Source: Candidatus Heimdallarchaeota archaeon (lineage in GTDB: Archaea > Asgardarchaeota > Heimdallarchaeia > Hodarchaeales > Hodarchaeaceae). Taken from it: 64,000 nucleotides of DNA. The stretch is taken from NCBI GenBank assembly GCA_011364965.1, contig RDOB01000001.1, forward strand, positions 188,017-252,016, written 5' to 3'. The notes under the pieces are model-generated. The model worked only from the letters and a program-made list of their open reading frames with translations, was not told the origin of the DNA and ran no database searches. Position 1 is the first letter of the stretch. Every line of letters starts with the position of its first letter. A program made the translations under genes and the position numbers. Shown here one piece after another: positions 54,638-64,000 of the stretch.

Positions 54638-55690
54638 ATGAGTACAACAAAAATTGTAACAGAAGAAATGTCTATATTAGACAAATTCCTCCCTTTATTA
54701 ATAATTGGAGCCATGGTTCTAGGATTATTCATGAATCGATTAGTACCCAATATTCAGGATATTTTTAGCCAAGTACAAATCGATACAGTTTCGCTCCCTA
54801 TCGCCATAGGTCTACTCTGGATGATGTATCCAGTATTAGCTAAGGTACAGTATGAGAAAATTCCTCATGCACTCCAAGAATATAAGCTCTTTGGTACATC
54901 ACTTGTTCAAAACTGGATCATTGGCCCGATTTTTATGACATTCCTAGCATGGGTATTCTTAGCGAATTATCCAGGGTATCGAGAGGGAATAATCCTTGTT
55001 GGATTGGCACGTTGTATTGCGATGGTTCTAATTTGGAATATGCTGGCTGGAGGAGATGCAGAGAAATGTGCTATCCTTGTAGCTCTTAATAGTGTTTTTC
55101 AAATTTTCTTTTATGCCATTTATGCTTGGATATTCATTGGGATAACGAATATCAACATATTAGATATTGCCCGAAGTGTCTTTATTTTCTTAGGAATCCC
55201 TTTAATTGCTGGTTTCTTAACCAGGGAAATATTAAGGCGACAGAAAGGAGAGAATTGGTATACTAGTGTCTTCATTCCGAAACTTGGACCAACAGCTATC
55301 ATTGGTTTATTATTCACAGTGGTAGCTATGTTTTCTATGCAGGGAGAGAAAATTCTTGGCCAACCATTAGATATCTTAATAATTGCTATTCCTCTCTTCA
55401 TCTACTTCATTGGAATGTTCCTAATAAGCTTTCTAGTCTCATTTCTCCTAAAGTTTAGGTATCCTGAAACAGTTACCCTCTCATTTACAGCTGCCTCAAA
55501 TAATTTTGAACTCGCTATCGCGGTCGCTATCGCCACTTTCGGGATCAATTCAGATCAGGCGTTAGCTACTGTTGTCGGGCCTCTGATCGAGGTACCTGTA
55601 TTATTATTATTGGTGTATCTGGCTCTTTGGCTTAAGCAATATCTTTTCAAGACTGAATTGCCAAGTCCTCAACCAAGTCGTATTTCGTGA
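54638..55690 (+). CDS. acr3: Acr3-family arsenite efflux transporter
   Basis: MMYPVLAKV, GLARCIAMVLIW, SNNFELAIAVA, VVGPLIEVP. Confidence 0.96.
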   Translation: MSTTKIVTEEMSILDKFLPLLIIGAMVLGLFMNRLVPNIQDIFSQVQIDTVSLPIAIGLLWMMYPVLAKVQYEKIPHALQEYKLFGTSLVQNWIIGPIFMTFLAWVFLANYPGYREGIILVGLARCIAMVLIWNMLAGGDAEKCAILVALNSVFQIFFYAIYAWIFIGITNINILDIARSVFIFLGIPLIAGFLTREILRRQKGENWYTSVFIPKLGPTAIIGLLFTVVAMFSMQGEKILGQPLDILIIAIPLFIYFIGMFLISFLVSFLLKFRYPETVTLSFTAASNNFELAIAVAIATFGINSDQALATVVGPLIEVPVLLLLVYLALWLKQYLFKTELPSPQPSRIS

Positions 55691-55729
55691 AATAAAAGGT
55701 AATGTATAAATCAAAAGAACGGAGGTTTA

Positions 55730-55984
55730 ATGGATATGACAAAAGTGTTAGAAGTTTTTGGTCCAGGTTGTGCAAAATGCAAGGCATTGAAAAAAAGTAC
55801 TGAAGAAGCAGTTGAAATATTAGGCTGGCACGATGTAAAAATTCTCTATAATACTGATATGGCTGAAGTAATCCAAAGGGGAATTACTGCTACCCCAGCA
55901 TTGGCCATTGATGGGAAAATAGTGCTGTCTGGTCGGTACCTTCCTGCCAACAAACTTGTCCAACTACTTCAAGAAAATGAGTGA
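55730..55984 (+). CDS. Small redox-active disulfide protein (thioredoxin family, MTH895-like)
   Basis: VFGPGCAKC, TPALAIDG. Confidence 0.9.
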   Translation: MDMTKVLEVFGPGCAKCKALKKSTEEAVEILGWHDVKILYNTDMAEVIQRGITATPALAIDGKIVLSGRYLPANKLVQLLQENE

Positions 55985-56138
55985 ACCTATCTAATGAATG
56001 AGATTAAATATGGTAATACTGAAGTGGCTTATGCCGTAGGAGCTTGTGGATATTCATTTGCGGTTTAGATTGGAAAAATCTGGAATTTTTTCATAAAAAA
56101 TAAAAACCAACTTGAAACTACAAGTTAGATCAGGAGTA

Positions 56139-57836
56139 TTAATAGATTCTTTTAACACGCAATTCAGAACCAGAATTTATCACCACTAGTCCATCAACGG
56201 TACCAGAGTCAGAGATGATAAAGTTTACGTCTATAATAGTCCCCGTTCCTAGGTGATAACCTGTGAATTCCCTTTCTGATTTGGGCATAAGTAAAATCGA
56301 ATAGGTTACCGGAAAAGCCCCTGTAATTTCGGTAATCCCTATATCGTTCCAGTAAAACCGATAATATTCAAGTTCTTGATCGAATTTGATGACGAATGAT
56401 GTAGAAGCCGTGTCCGGGGTCTCTAACCACCATATTGGAGTCGTTCCTATGATCTGATAACCTGTACATCTTCTCCGGTTATTAGCTGAAATGAATTTCT
56501 TCTTTAACAAGAAAACCTTAAAGTTCTCAAACCGATCTTTTTCAGCCAGAAAGTCCTTGAAATATTTGTAATTATCATTTAAAATTCCTTCCACGATGGT
56601 CTCCGTTTTTTTAGAAAGCTCATCATATAGAAGACTACTTCTCTTTGAAGAAACAAGTAGATTAACTGCTTCCTGTCCGATAGCCTTCACCCTTAGCTTA
56701 TTATTGATGATATCCACAGTAAACTTGTCACCAGAAGGAAACAAATAAACTCCCGTATATCGATCTAAAAAATTGTTTTCTACCCAGTAGCAGTTGTTTG
56801 GTGGTAATGAAAAAATGGCTGTTTTGTCTAAAATCAGCTCTTGTAGTTTGATTTTCATAACATCAGCTAAGTATATGTTATCAATCCATCTATTGCATAG
56901 CAAGATGGTTATCACGTCTTTATCCACAAACCAGCTAGCGTCACAACTGAAACCGAGGTAATTTGCACCATCATGACCTCTTATCAGACCATATTTAGTT
57001 GAATTAGTGATTTCCCATCCATAAGCATAATCATCCAGATAAGGTGTCCACATTTTCTTTTTGGATGTTTCTGAAAGTATTTTCCTACCTTTCAAAGCCA
57101 AAAACCACTTGAATAAATCACCAATCGTTGTACAAACTCCTCCACTGCCAATATGCGGCCAAGATGGCTCTGGCCAAGTTCTGGGTGAACCATTGTCTAC
57201 TTTACCTGTATAAGCGTGAGCAATTCTGTTGATATCCCACGAGGTATCACCGTACCACCCAGTATTCGTCATGTCAGCGGGAATAAATACGTTTTGAGTC
57301 ACGTACTTTCTAAAAGACTGACCCGTGAGCTCCTCGATAATAATTGCTAGCAAAGAATAGCTAGGATTAGAATAATTGAAGCTCTTCCCTGGTTCTGCGA
57401 GAAGTTTCGATTCGAGGACTCCCTTGATAAAATCACTCTGGTCGTAGAAATCAAAGTCACCACCATAAAACCGTGGTAATCCCGATGTGTGACTTAATAG
57501 GTGATGGATGGTAATAGATCTTTTATCAGCAGGAATCGTAAGGAAATTGCTGATAGGATCACTGGTTTTCAAAAATCCTTGCTCCTCAAGTTGGAGAATC
57601 GCAGCTACAGTGAATTGCTTGCTTATCGATCCAATATCGAAAATAGTCTCAATAGTGTTACGAATGCGTTTTTTGACATTTGCATATCCGTACCCAGAGT
57701 AGAGATAAGGTTGATCACCTTTAGCAATAAGAACAGTTCCAGAAAAACCGAAATTCACAACTCTAGCGAGGTAATTATTGGCAATGGAACCTGTTTTTCC
57801 ATGGATTATGCTACAATCTCGGGAGAGCATTAACAC
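56139..57836 (-). CDS. Serine hydrolase of the beta-lactamase (AmpC-like) family with C-terminal extension
   Basis: GSISKQF (SxxK), LLSHTSGL, YSN, HDG. Confidence 0.9.
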   Translation of the reverse strand: MLMLSRDCSIIHGKTGSIANNYLARVVNFGFSGTVLIAKGDQPYLYSGYGYANVKKRIRNTIETIFDIGSISKQFTVAAILQLEEQGFLKTSDPISNFLTIPADKRSITIHHLLSHTSGLPRFYGGDFDFYDQSDFIKGVLESKLLAEPGKSFNYSNPSYSLLAIIIEELTGQSFRKYVTQNVFIPADMTNTGWYGDTSWDINRIAHAYTGKVDNGSPRTWPEPSWPHIGSGGVCTTIGDLFKWFLALKGRKILSETSKKKMWTPYLDDYAYGWEITNSTKYGLIRGHDGANYLGFSCDASWFVDKDVITILLCNRWIDNIYLADVMKIKLQELILDKTAIFSLPPNNCYWVENNFLDRYTGVYLFPSGDKFTVDIINNKLRVKAIGQEAVNLLVSSKRSSLLYDELSKKTETIVEGILNDNYKYFKDFLAEKDRFENFKVFLLKKKFISANNRRRCTGYQIIGTTPIWWLETPDTASTSFVIKFDQELEYYRFYWNDIGITEITGAFPVTYSILLMPKSEREFTGYHLGTGTIIDVNFIISDSGTVDGLVVINSGSELRVKRIY

Positions 57837-58300
57837 TTCCTTTGTTATTTCATTTAAAATCCATTCTATTCAGGAGTCAAGAAAGTAGTAAAAATCACAC
57901 GAATAAAGATGCTTGAAAGATAAAATAAATTTAATGTATCAGTACAGACATTATCCATCAACTGGAATTACTTTGTCAGAGGAGAGGTGGACTACGAAAA
58001 AATTTAAGCAGTCATTTTCACCTAATAACGCATGAAATAACCAATGAAAATAAAATGATTAGCATTTTTTTCAGCTTGATGGAGAGTACTATGGTATTGT
58101 TTACAGTTTCGATCTAAAGACTATTCATTGGAAAATGATATCTCTGAAGAATAATATTAACAATATACGGCCATTACTATCCCAGAAAGGATGAATGCAC
58201 AGAAACTTGCAGTGAACTGGAACCACAAGCTCCACGGGATGAATTTCCTCACACATAGGAGAATTTATCAATAAAATTATCCATAGACGAATCGGAGTTT

Positions 58301-59782
58301 TTGATGCAAGATAAAATTACTTTATTTCAGGAAGTAAGTACCTATGGGTGGAGACTTTTGTATGTTCAAAATATCCTAATAATCATCGCGATCTTGTTTT
58401 TTCCTCCTCAATTCTTTTTTTTATTCTTTTCTTGGCAATTAGCATATATTCTAGGAGGAATAATTAATTTAACCTTCACATTCGCAATTATTATAGATTT
58501 AATTGCGATTTTACTGATTTGTATTAGTTATGGAGCTATTAGTTATTATTCTGAGGAAAAACAATCTCAATGGAGGTTAATAACAATGATATTAGGGTTG
58601 TGTTGGGTTGGATTGTCTTTCATTTGGAGAATAAACCTGTTCATTTATGGACCCTATGACATTGGTTTCAGTATGAGGAGTCTAATTGCAACCCCATTCT
58701 TTGGCACTATTATATTTGAAAATCCAATATTATTTTTTATTCTATTAGTTGCTAGTCTGTTATTTTTAGCATTTTTTTACTCTAATGATATGTTATTATT
58801 CTCGAAACAGCCAGAACTACGTATCAAAGGATCTAATATCAATATTGGTACTTTTTATGGCTTTTGCAATCTTTTTGGAGCTTCATTACTTATTTTCTAT
58901 TTTAATTATTCTACCAAAGTAGATTCATTCAATGTGCCTTTAAGCCCCTTGTGGGTGATTCAACTCGCAATTTTCATTAAATTGATTATTACTCCAATTC
59001 TAGGGATACGAACATGTAGGAAATCTATGAGTTCCCAAATCCATGAACAGGAGGTAACACCAGTTGCATTTTCAATTCTCCACGAACCTTTTTCATGGTT
59101 AAGGAATATTTGGCACATTTCTGGAAAATCACGACTCTTACCAAGTAAAAGCACTTCATTAATATTTAGCGGGCTTTTATTAGTACTTTTACTCTTTCCA
59201 CTCTCTCCCTTCTCCATTCATCATCTTATTCCTCAACCTACTATTAAAGGACCCTTCATTTATCGAAATTATTCAAACAATGAGGCTTTAGCAGCATTAG
59301 AGTACTTAGAATCCGCATCAATTGCAGGGATAACTGGATGTCCTCCAATATACTCCATGGAAAATGAAACAATGTCATTTTTTCTTGATCGAATTACTAA
59401 AGGAATTTCCATTGAAGGTTCTTCGTTTCATCCATACGCGTATACTTTCATCTGGAATGTTTCTCTAAAGGAAACTGATTTTCCCACTCTAAATTATTCG
59501 ACGGTCGATATAAATTGGCTTGATTCAGTAGTAAACTGCTTCACATGGTGGGAAAATTCGACATATCATCATATTTCAACACTTTGGGGAGATGAACTTA
59601 ATGAAACTACATTCTATAAATATTCCGCTATGGTGAAATGGGTTTATTACGGGTGGTTTAAATATTCAGAAGTATTTGGAGAGGTAGGGGCTCATTATAT
59701 TGATGTGAAACAATTAATGTATTTATCTGCAAATTTTCAGATCCTTTCTATTGCCAATTTATGGGGTCATGCCGTCGCATAA
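58301..59782 (+). CDS. Polytopic membrane protein with a C-terminal extracellular domain
   Basis: About 7 TM segments followed by an NxS/T-rich domain. Confidence 0.75.
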   Translation: MMQDKITLFQEVSTYGWRLLYVQNILIIIAILFFPPQFFFLFFSWQLAYILGGIINLTFTFAIIIDLIAILLICISYGAISYYSEEKQSQWRLITMILGLCWVGLSFIWRINLFIYGPYDIGFSMRSLIATPFFGTIIFENPILFFILLVASLLFLAFFYSNDMLLFSKQPELRIKGSNINIGTFYGFCNLFGASLLIFYFNYSTKVDSFNVPLSPLWVIQLAIFIKLIITPILGIRTCRKSMSSQIHEQEVTPVAFSILHEPFSWLRNIWHISGKSRLLPSKSTSLIFSGLLLVLLLFPLSPFSIHHLIPQPTIKGPFIYRNYSNNEALAALEYLESASIAGITGCPPIYSMENETMSFFLDRITKGISIEGSSFHPYAYTFIWNVSLKETDFPTLNYSTVDINWLDSVVNCFTWWENSTYHHISTLWGDELNETTFYKYSAMVKWVYYGWFKYSEVFGEVGAHYIDVKQLMYLSANFQILSIANLWGHAVA

Positions 59783-59813
59783 AATATAAGGTTGAAAGAT
59801 TTCTTGGAGAAAG

Positions 59814-61610
59814 TCACTTGCATTCTACTGATTCTTCTAATCTAGGTTTATTCAAGAGGAAGAGAAATTTACTATCTCTTAACATGAATCCAAACGTACA
59901 TAAACCCAATACAGGAACCACAATAACTTTGAAAAATAATGGAATATAAGCTATAAGCCAATTATATGTGAATAATCCGATAATATTTCTTTCTTGATAG
60001 TATATAAAGGGAAGAATGAAACATAAAATTGCATTAACGACTCCATATAATTTAAAGAACGCAAGACCTCTTTCATCACGTATTTTTGGAATAACGCGAG
60101 AAGCTGTATATAGAAGTAGGCCACTCATCATGAATGTCAAAAATAATATCACAGGAGGGGAATCGAATCCAAAATAATCTTCAAATGGAAAATTCAAATC
60201 GTAATTACTTTCATAAAATCCACGATATATCATATAGAACGCAAAAGTCTGGAAGTTAAGGGGTTCACCATATTCATGGAGAACAAGTCCGAATGGAATA
60301 ATATATTGGATGATGATTCTACAAATTACCCAGCTTAGTAATAGTAATCCGCCCAGAAAATATTGTTTTTTTGTCTCTGATGTTAAAGTGGAATAGAAGA
60401 TAAATCCCGTTCCGAGTAAAGTAAACCCTAGTAGATCGAGATGGAAGATACTAAAGGAAATATATTCGATATCATTAAAGGTGTGCATCCCCTGAAAATT
60501 GAATACAAAAATCCCTATCAATACATTCTGGATTACCAAAATCACTAATCCGCTTCTTATAATAGAAACATAGACCTTTTGCAATGTTAAAGGATTACTA
60601 ACAACTTGAGGTATACTCTTAATCGCTATTAGTCCTCCAAATGCTCCTATGATTATGATTATTAACAATAAAACAGATAATTCAACAATATACATGGGAG
60701 GAGGACTATAATAGATAGGGGATTCTAGTAGTGGATCCAAATCGATTACTTGTATTAGAACTTCAAAAGGATTGATGCCTTTCCAAACAGTATAGTTTCC
60801 AGTTCCCTTATAATCAGACCAATAATTCCCTCGAAATGTTTCAGTCAAAAAATCTGGATCGTCTTTGATAAAATAAGCAGAAAGAATGAACCAATCGTAA
60901 TCCATGGCAACTTGCTTTTCATTATGTATAAATGAATTGAGCTTAAAACGAGTACAACTGCCATATTTATAATAGAGACCATATTCCTTATTATCAGCAA
61001 TTAGATTACCGGTAATTGAGGAGTTGCTTACCCCCGCTAAATAAATCCCAATATTAAAGTTCTGCACACAAGTGTTATTCTCAATTGACGCGAAAAATGT
61101 ATAAGGGGAAGTATCATTGGAAAAGTACTCATAAACACCATAATAAGAAATTCCAAATGCTCCATTAAACCGCAAAGAATTATTAATTATAGATGTTGCA
61201 TTTATATCTCTGATTTCAATACCTTTCCAACAACGTTCTACTGTATTATTAGCAATTGTGACTGTTCCTGGATAAACGTCATCAATGAAGATTCCAGAAT
61301 CCTTAGGAGAACTATCAGCTTCAATCCAACAATTTCTGATAATAAAATGTTTAGTTGTTCCATGAATATAAATACCATACCCGTAATCTTTTGCATTAAT
61401 GTGCCATCCTTCTAGTATAAAGGGATCTGTTTCATTACCGACCCCTTTCCCAGCAATGGCTTCTAACTCCAAATCAGTTGATATTTCTATTGGTTCATGA
61501 TTGATATAGAAACTTGCGTGTGTTTCTTGAATATTGAAAGACCTTCCAAGCACCAATAGAAATGGAACAAAGGATAATAGACAAATAACGACTATTAAGA
61601 AGCCCTTCAT
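59814..61610 (-). CDS. NosD-like parallel beta-helix fused to a polytopic membrane domain
   Basis: Signal peptide, GNETDPFILEG, N-ladder repeats, GNYWSDY, then about 7 TM segments. Confidence 0.82.
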   Translation of the reverse strand: MKGFLIVVICLLSFVPFLLVLGRSFNIQETHASFYINHEPIEISTDLELEAIAGKGVGNETDPFILEGWHINAKDYGYGIYIHGTTKHFIIRNCWIEADSSPKDSGIFIDDVYPGTVTIANNTVERCWKGIEIRDINATSIINNSLRFNGAFGISYYGVYEYFSNDTSPYTFFASIENNTCVQNFNIGIYLAGVSNSSITGNLIADNKEYGLYYKYGSCTRFKLNSFIHNEKQVAMDYDWFILSAYFIKDDPDFLTETFRGNYWSDYKGTGNYTVWKGINPFEVLIQVIDLDPLLESPIYYSPPPMYIVELSVLLLIIIIIGAFGGLIAIKSIPQVVSNPLTLQKVYVSIIRSGLVILVIQNVLIGIFVFNFQGMHTFNDIEYISFSIFHLDLLGFTLLGTGFIFYSTLTSETKKQYFLGGLLLLSWVICRIIIQYIIPFGLVLHEYGEPLNFQTFAFYMIYRGFYESNYDLNFPFEDYFGFDSPPVILFLTFMMSGLLLYTASRVIPKIRDERGLAFFKLYGVVNAILCFILPFIYYQERNIIGLFTYNWLIAYIPLFFKVIVVPVLGLCTFGFMLRDSKFLFLLNKPRLEESVECK

Positions 61611-62210
61611 CTGTCTAAGGATCTCAAATTCCCCATTCAGCTCATTTAAATATGAAGTTCATTAAATTAATTTTCCTAAGGGAATCTGAAATTTTAAAGT
61701 TTTGGATTTCGAACTATTAAGAATAAAATACCAAAATTAATTAACTAAGAAAAACCACAACTCCTATTTACCATAATGACTCCTTATTATAATATATCGA
61801 ATAAGAAGGTTTACTTGTTAATATGTAAATAAGATTGGTTTTCCAGTTTTGAGGGATCCTCTGGATCGTGGGATGCTTGAGTAGTAATTTCATAGACTTA
61901 AAGAGTAAATAGTCAATTAAATCCCCACCAATTGACATAAACTTTCAACATTACACACCGAAGTCGAGGTACATTTGAGCGAATTACACGAAACATAGAA
62001 TAATTTTTTATTTTTATTCAAAAAATAAACCAGTCACCAAATCTGGAGGAATAAGCATATCTGAGGGGATAAAGACGGGGATATCAATATTCCTGGTTTA
62101 AATTTCAGTATAGTTACAAAGAATATTCTACTCTGAAAAAGTAATATTAAATAGTATTAGAGAGAAATCATAAATGAAATTCCTAAAATCAAAAAATTGT
62201 TTGAGGAAGA

Positions 62211-63953
62211 ATGATGATACAATTATTCAGTCGATCGGGGGGCTTAATATATTTATTGGGTAGAGCATTTTCAATAATTCTTTTTCTTTCGTTGTTAATT
62301 GGAATTTTTAGCGGATTTAGCTTAATAAATCTCAATAATCAATATAAGGAAGTGTTGGATACAAACACAATAACATCATCCGTCTCCAATACAATATTAA
62401 ATAATTTCATTGAAATTAAAGATGCAGAAAAGGAGTTTATACAATCAGGAGATACTAGCCAGCGATCAGTTATTACAAGTAAAGCAACGGAAATTAATCA
62501 AGCCATTACTTGGCTAATTGAACGAGAACTTAATACTACTATAAGGGAGAGTACAAAAAGAATTCAAATAATTATTTACGAATACACCGTAGAATTCTCC
62601 TATCTTCTGAATAAATCTATTGCACGAGGAGGGGGAATTCTTGGTGCTGCAAATGGAACTGTTGGAGAGTTAAATGATTCTATCAACAGTACTGAAGTTC
62701 TATTTCAATTTTCACTTATTAGAGGGGAAATCACACCTACTGAATATTATGAATTGATCAATTCGCTTTATGCGATTAAAAAAATAGAAAATGCATATTT
62801 GAATCAATATTTTGAGAATATAAATTCTACAAACTACGTAAATGCTATTGTAGATCAAACTAATACAATTAAAGCACTGGTGAACACAATTTTTGCCAAC
62901 AATACGGTGGAATCGCTAGTAAATAACACATTTGTTGCATATATTAATGCTTTCAATAGAACTATCGAATTAAATGAAGAGATTAAGGTACATAATTCAA
63001 GGTTGAAATCATATACTATTGAAATAGAGATCCTAGCAAATTTTCTGAATAACGAGATTTTGGATCAGAGTAATCAAGAAATTGAAGCTATTCGAAGACA
63101 ATCAGAGGAAACGCAATTATTTGTGATCCTCTCATTTCTGGCGGTATTTTTGGTAGGATTATTTTACAGCGGATTATTTACCCGTAATTTGACACAACCA
63201 ATTTTTATGATTGAAGAGTCATTAACTTCCATAAGTTCGGGTGATTTATCGAAAGAAGTAAGTTTCAAAAAGCGCGCACCAAAAGAATTGGAAAATTTAA
63301 AGACTAAGTTGAACACAATGCGGAAAAATATTTCAGACCTAATTCACGAGCTTGGGAGTGCTTCAGAAACAACATCATCATCATCTGAGGAAGTAGCAGC
63401 TACTGCAGAAGAAGTTACTACGCTAAGTGAAGAAATAGCAAAATCAGTTCAACAAATCTCTAGGAGTGCATCCGTACAATTTACAATCTCTGAAGAAGCA
63501 ATAGATAAGGTTCGAGAAATATCTCAATCAGTTGATATCTCTATTGAGGAAGTTGAAGCAACATTAAAGGTGATAGAAGAGATTTCAGATCAAATCAACA
63601 TTCTCGCTTTAAATGCTGCAATAGAAGCTGCGCGAGCAGGAGAGTTTGGTCGTGGATTTTCAGTTGTTGCAGACAGCGTGAGAAGATTAGCAGAAGAAAC
63701 GAAGAAGAATTCTGCTGATATCAATAGAGTCACCAATCAAATTGTTGGGGATTTAGGAACGAAGGTAAGAACACTGGAGGGGATTCTCCAAAACTTTACA
63801 ACGCAGTCAGAAGACTTTAGTGCTGTTAGTGAAGAAGTTGTAGCAGGAACAGAAGAACAAACAGCAGCAATGGAACAATTAACTACTGCTGCTCAAAAAC
63901 TTGCCTCGCAAGCAGACCAGCTCACAGATCTGGTGAAAAAATTCATTATATAG
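62211..63953 (+). CDS. Methyl-accepting chemotaxis protein (2 TM, HAMP, signalling domain)
   Basis: [37 protein letters not shown]. Confidence 0.95.
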   Translation: MMIQLFSRSGGLIYLLGRAFSIILFLSLLIGIFSGFSLINLNNQYKEVLDTNTITSSVSNTILNNFIEIKDAEKEFIQSGDTSQRSVITSKATEINQAITWLIERELNTTIRESTKRIQIIIYEYTVEFSYLLNKSIARGGGILGAANGTVGELNDSINSTEVLFQFSLIRGEITPTEYYELINSLYAIKKIENAYLNQYFENINSTNYVNAIVDQTNTIKALVNTIFANNTVESLVNNTFVAYINAFNRTIELNEEIKVHNSRLKSYTIEIEILANFLNNEILDQSNQEIEAIRRQSEETQLFVILSFLAVFLVGLFYSGLFTRNLTQPIFMIEESLTSISSGDLSKEVSFKKRAPKELENLKTKLNTMRKNISDLIHELGSASETTSSSSEEVAATAEEVTTLSEEIAKSVQQISRSASVQFTISEEAIDKVREISQSVDISIEEVEATLKVIEEISDQINILALNAAIEAARAGEFGRGFSVVADSVRRLAEETKKNSADINRVTNQIVGDLGTKVRTLEGILQNFTTQSEDFSAVSEEVVAGTEEQTAAMEQLTTAAQKLASQADQLTDLVKKFII

Positions 63954-64000
63954 CTTCCTAAACTCAAAAGAGACATAAAACTGAATTAAATTTTCATCTA

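Noticed and set aside
49809-55984. Selenocysteine recoding in the redox and arsenic proteins
   Set aside because: Redox motifs use ordinary Cys codons; no in-frame TGA or convincing SECIS seen

Overview
AT-rich archaeal chromosomal window. The archaeal informational genes (eS4, Rpp29, Rpo12, aIF1/SUI1, type II MetAP, BHB-intron tRNAs) plus several eukaryote-like proteins suggest an Asgard archaeon, probably Heimdallarchaeia/Hodarchaeales-like; this placement is inference. Bases 1-41 kb are mostly core genome: argF, a Urm1/MoaD-like modifier, cofE, a giant-surface-protein/DUF4129/DUF4350/MoxR/DUF58 operon, an OFA-type MFS next to acs, a B12 acyl-CoA mutase with cobO, RNase III, and a split S10/spc ribosomal-protein cluster. 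Bases 41-64 kb are accessory: a nucleotidyltransferase/UvrA-like/degenerate-MBL operon, decayed genes, an ArsR-ArsP-Acr3-CcdA-thioredoxin island, a serine hydrolase, two membrane proteins sharing one domain, and an orphan MCP. Four genes missing from the ORF track were found by reading the sequence: rpo12, rps14, and two tRNAs with non-canonical introns. The best candidates for undescribed systems are the NTase-UvrA-like-dead-MBL operon facing a HEPN-motif gene, a CdvA-like protein with three interrupted PRC-barrel repeats, and the MoxR surface-assembly operon. All calls come from motif recognition by eye; no searches were run.
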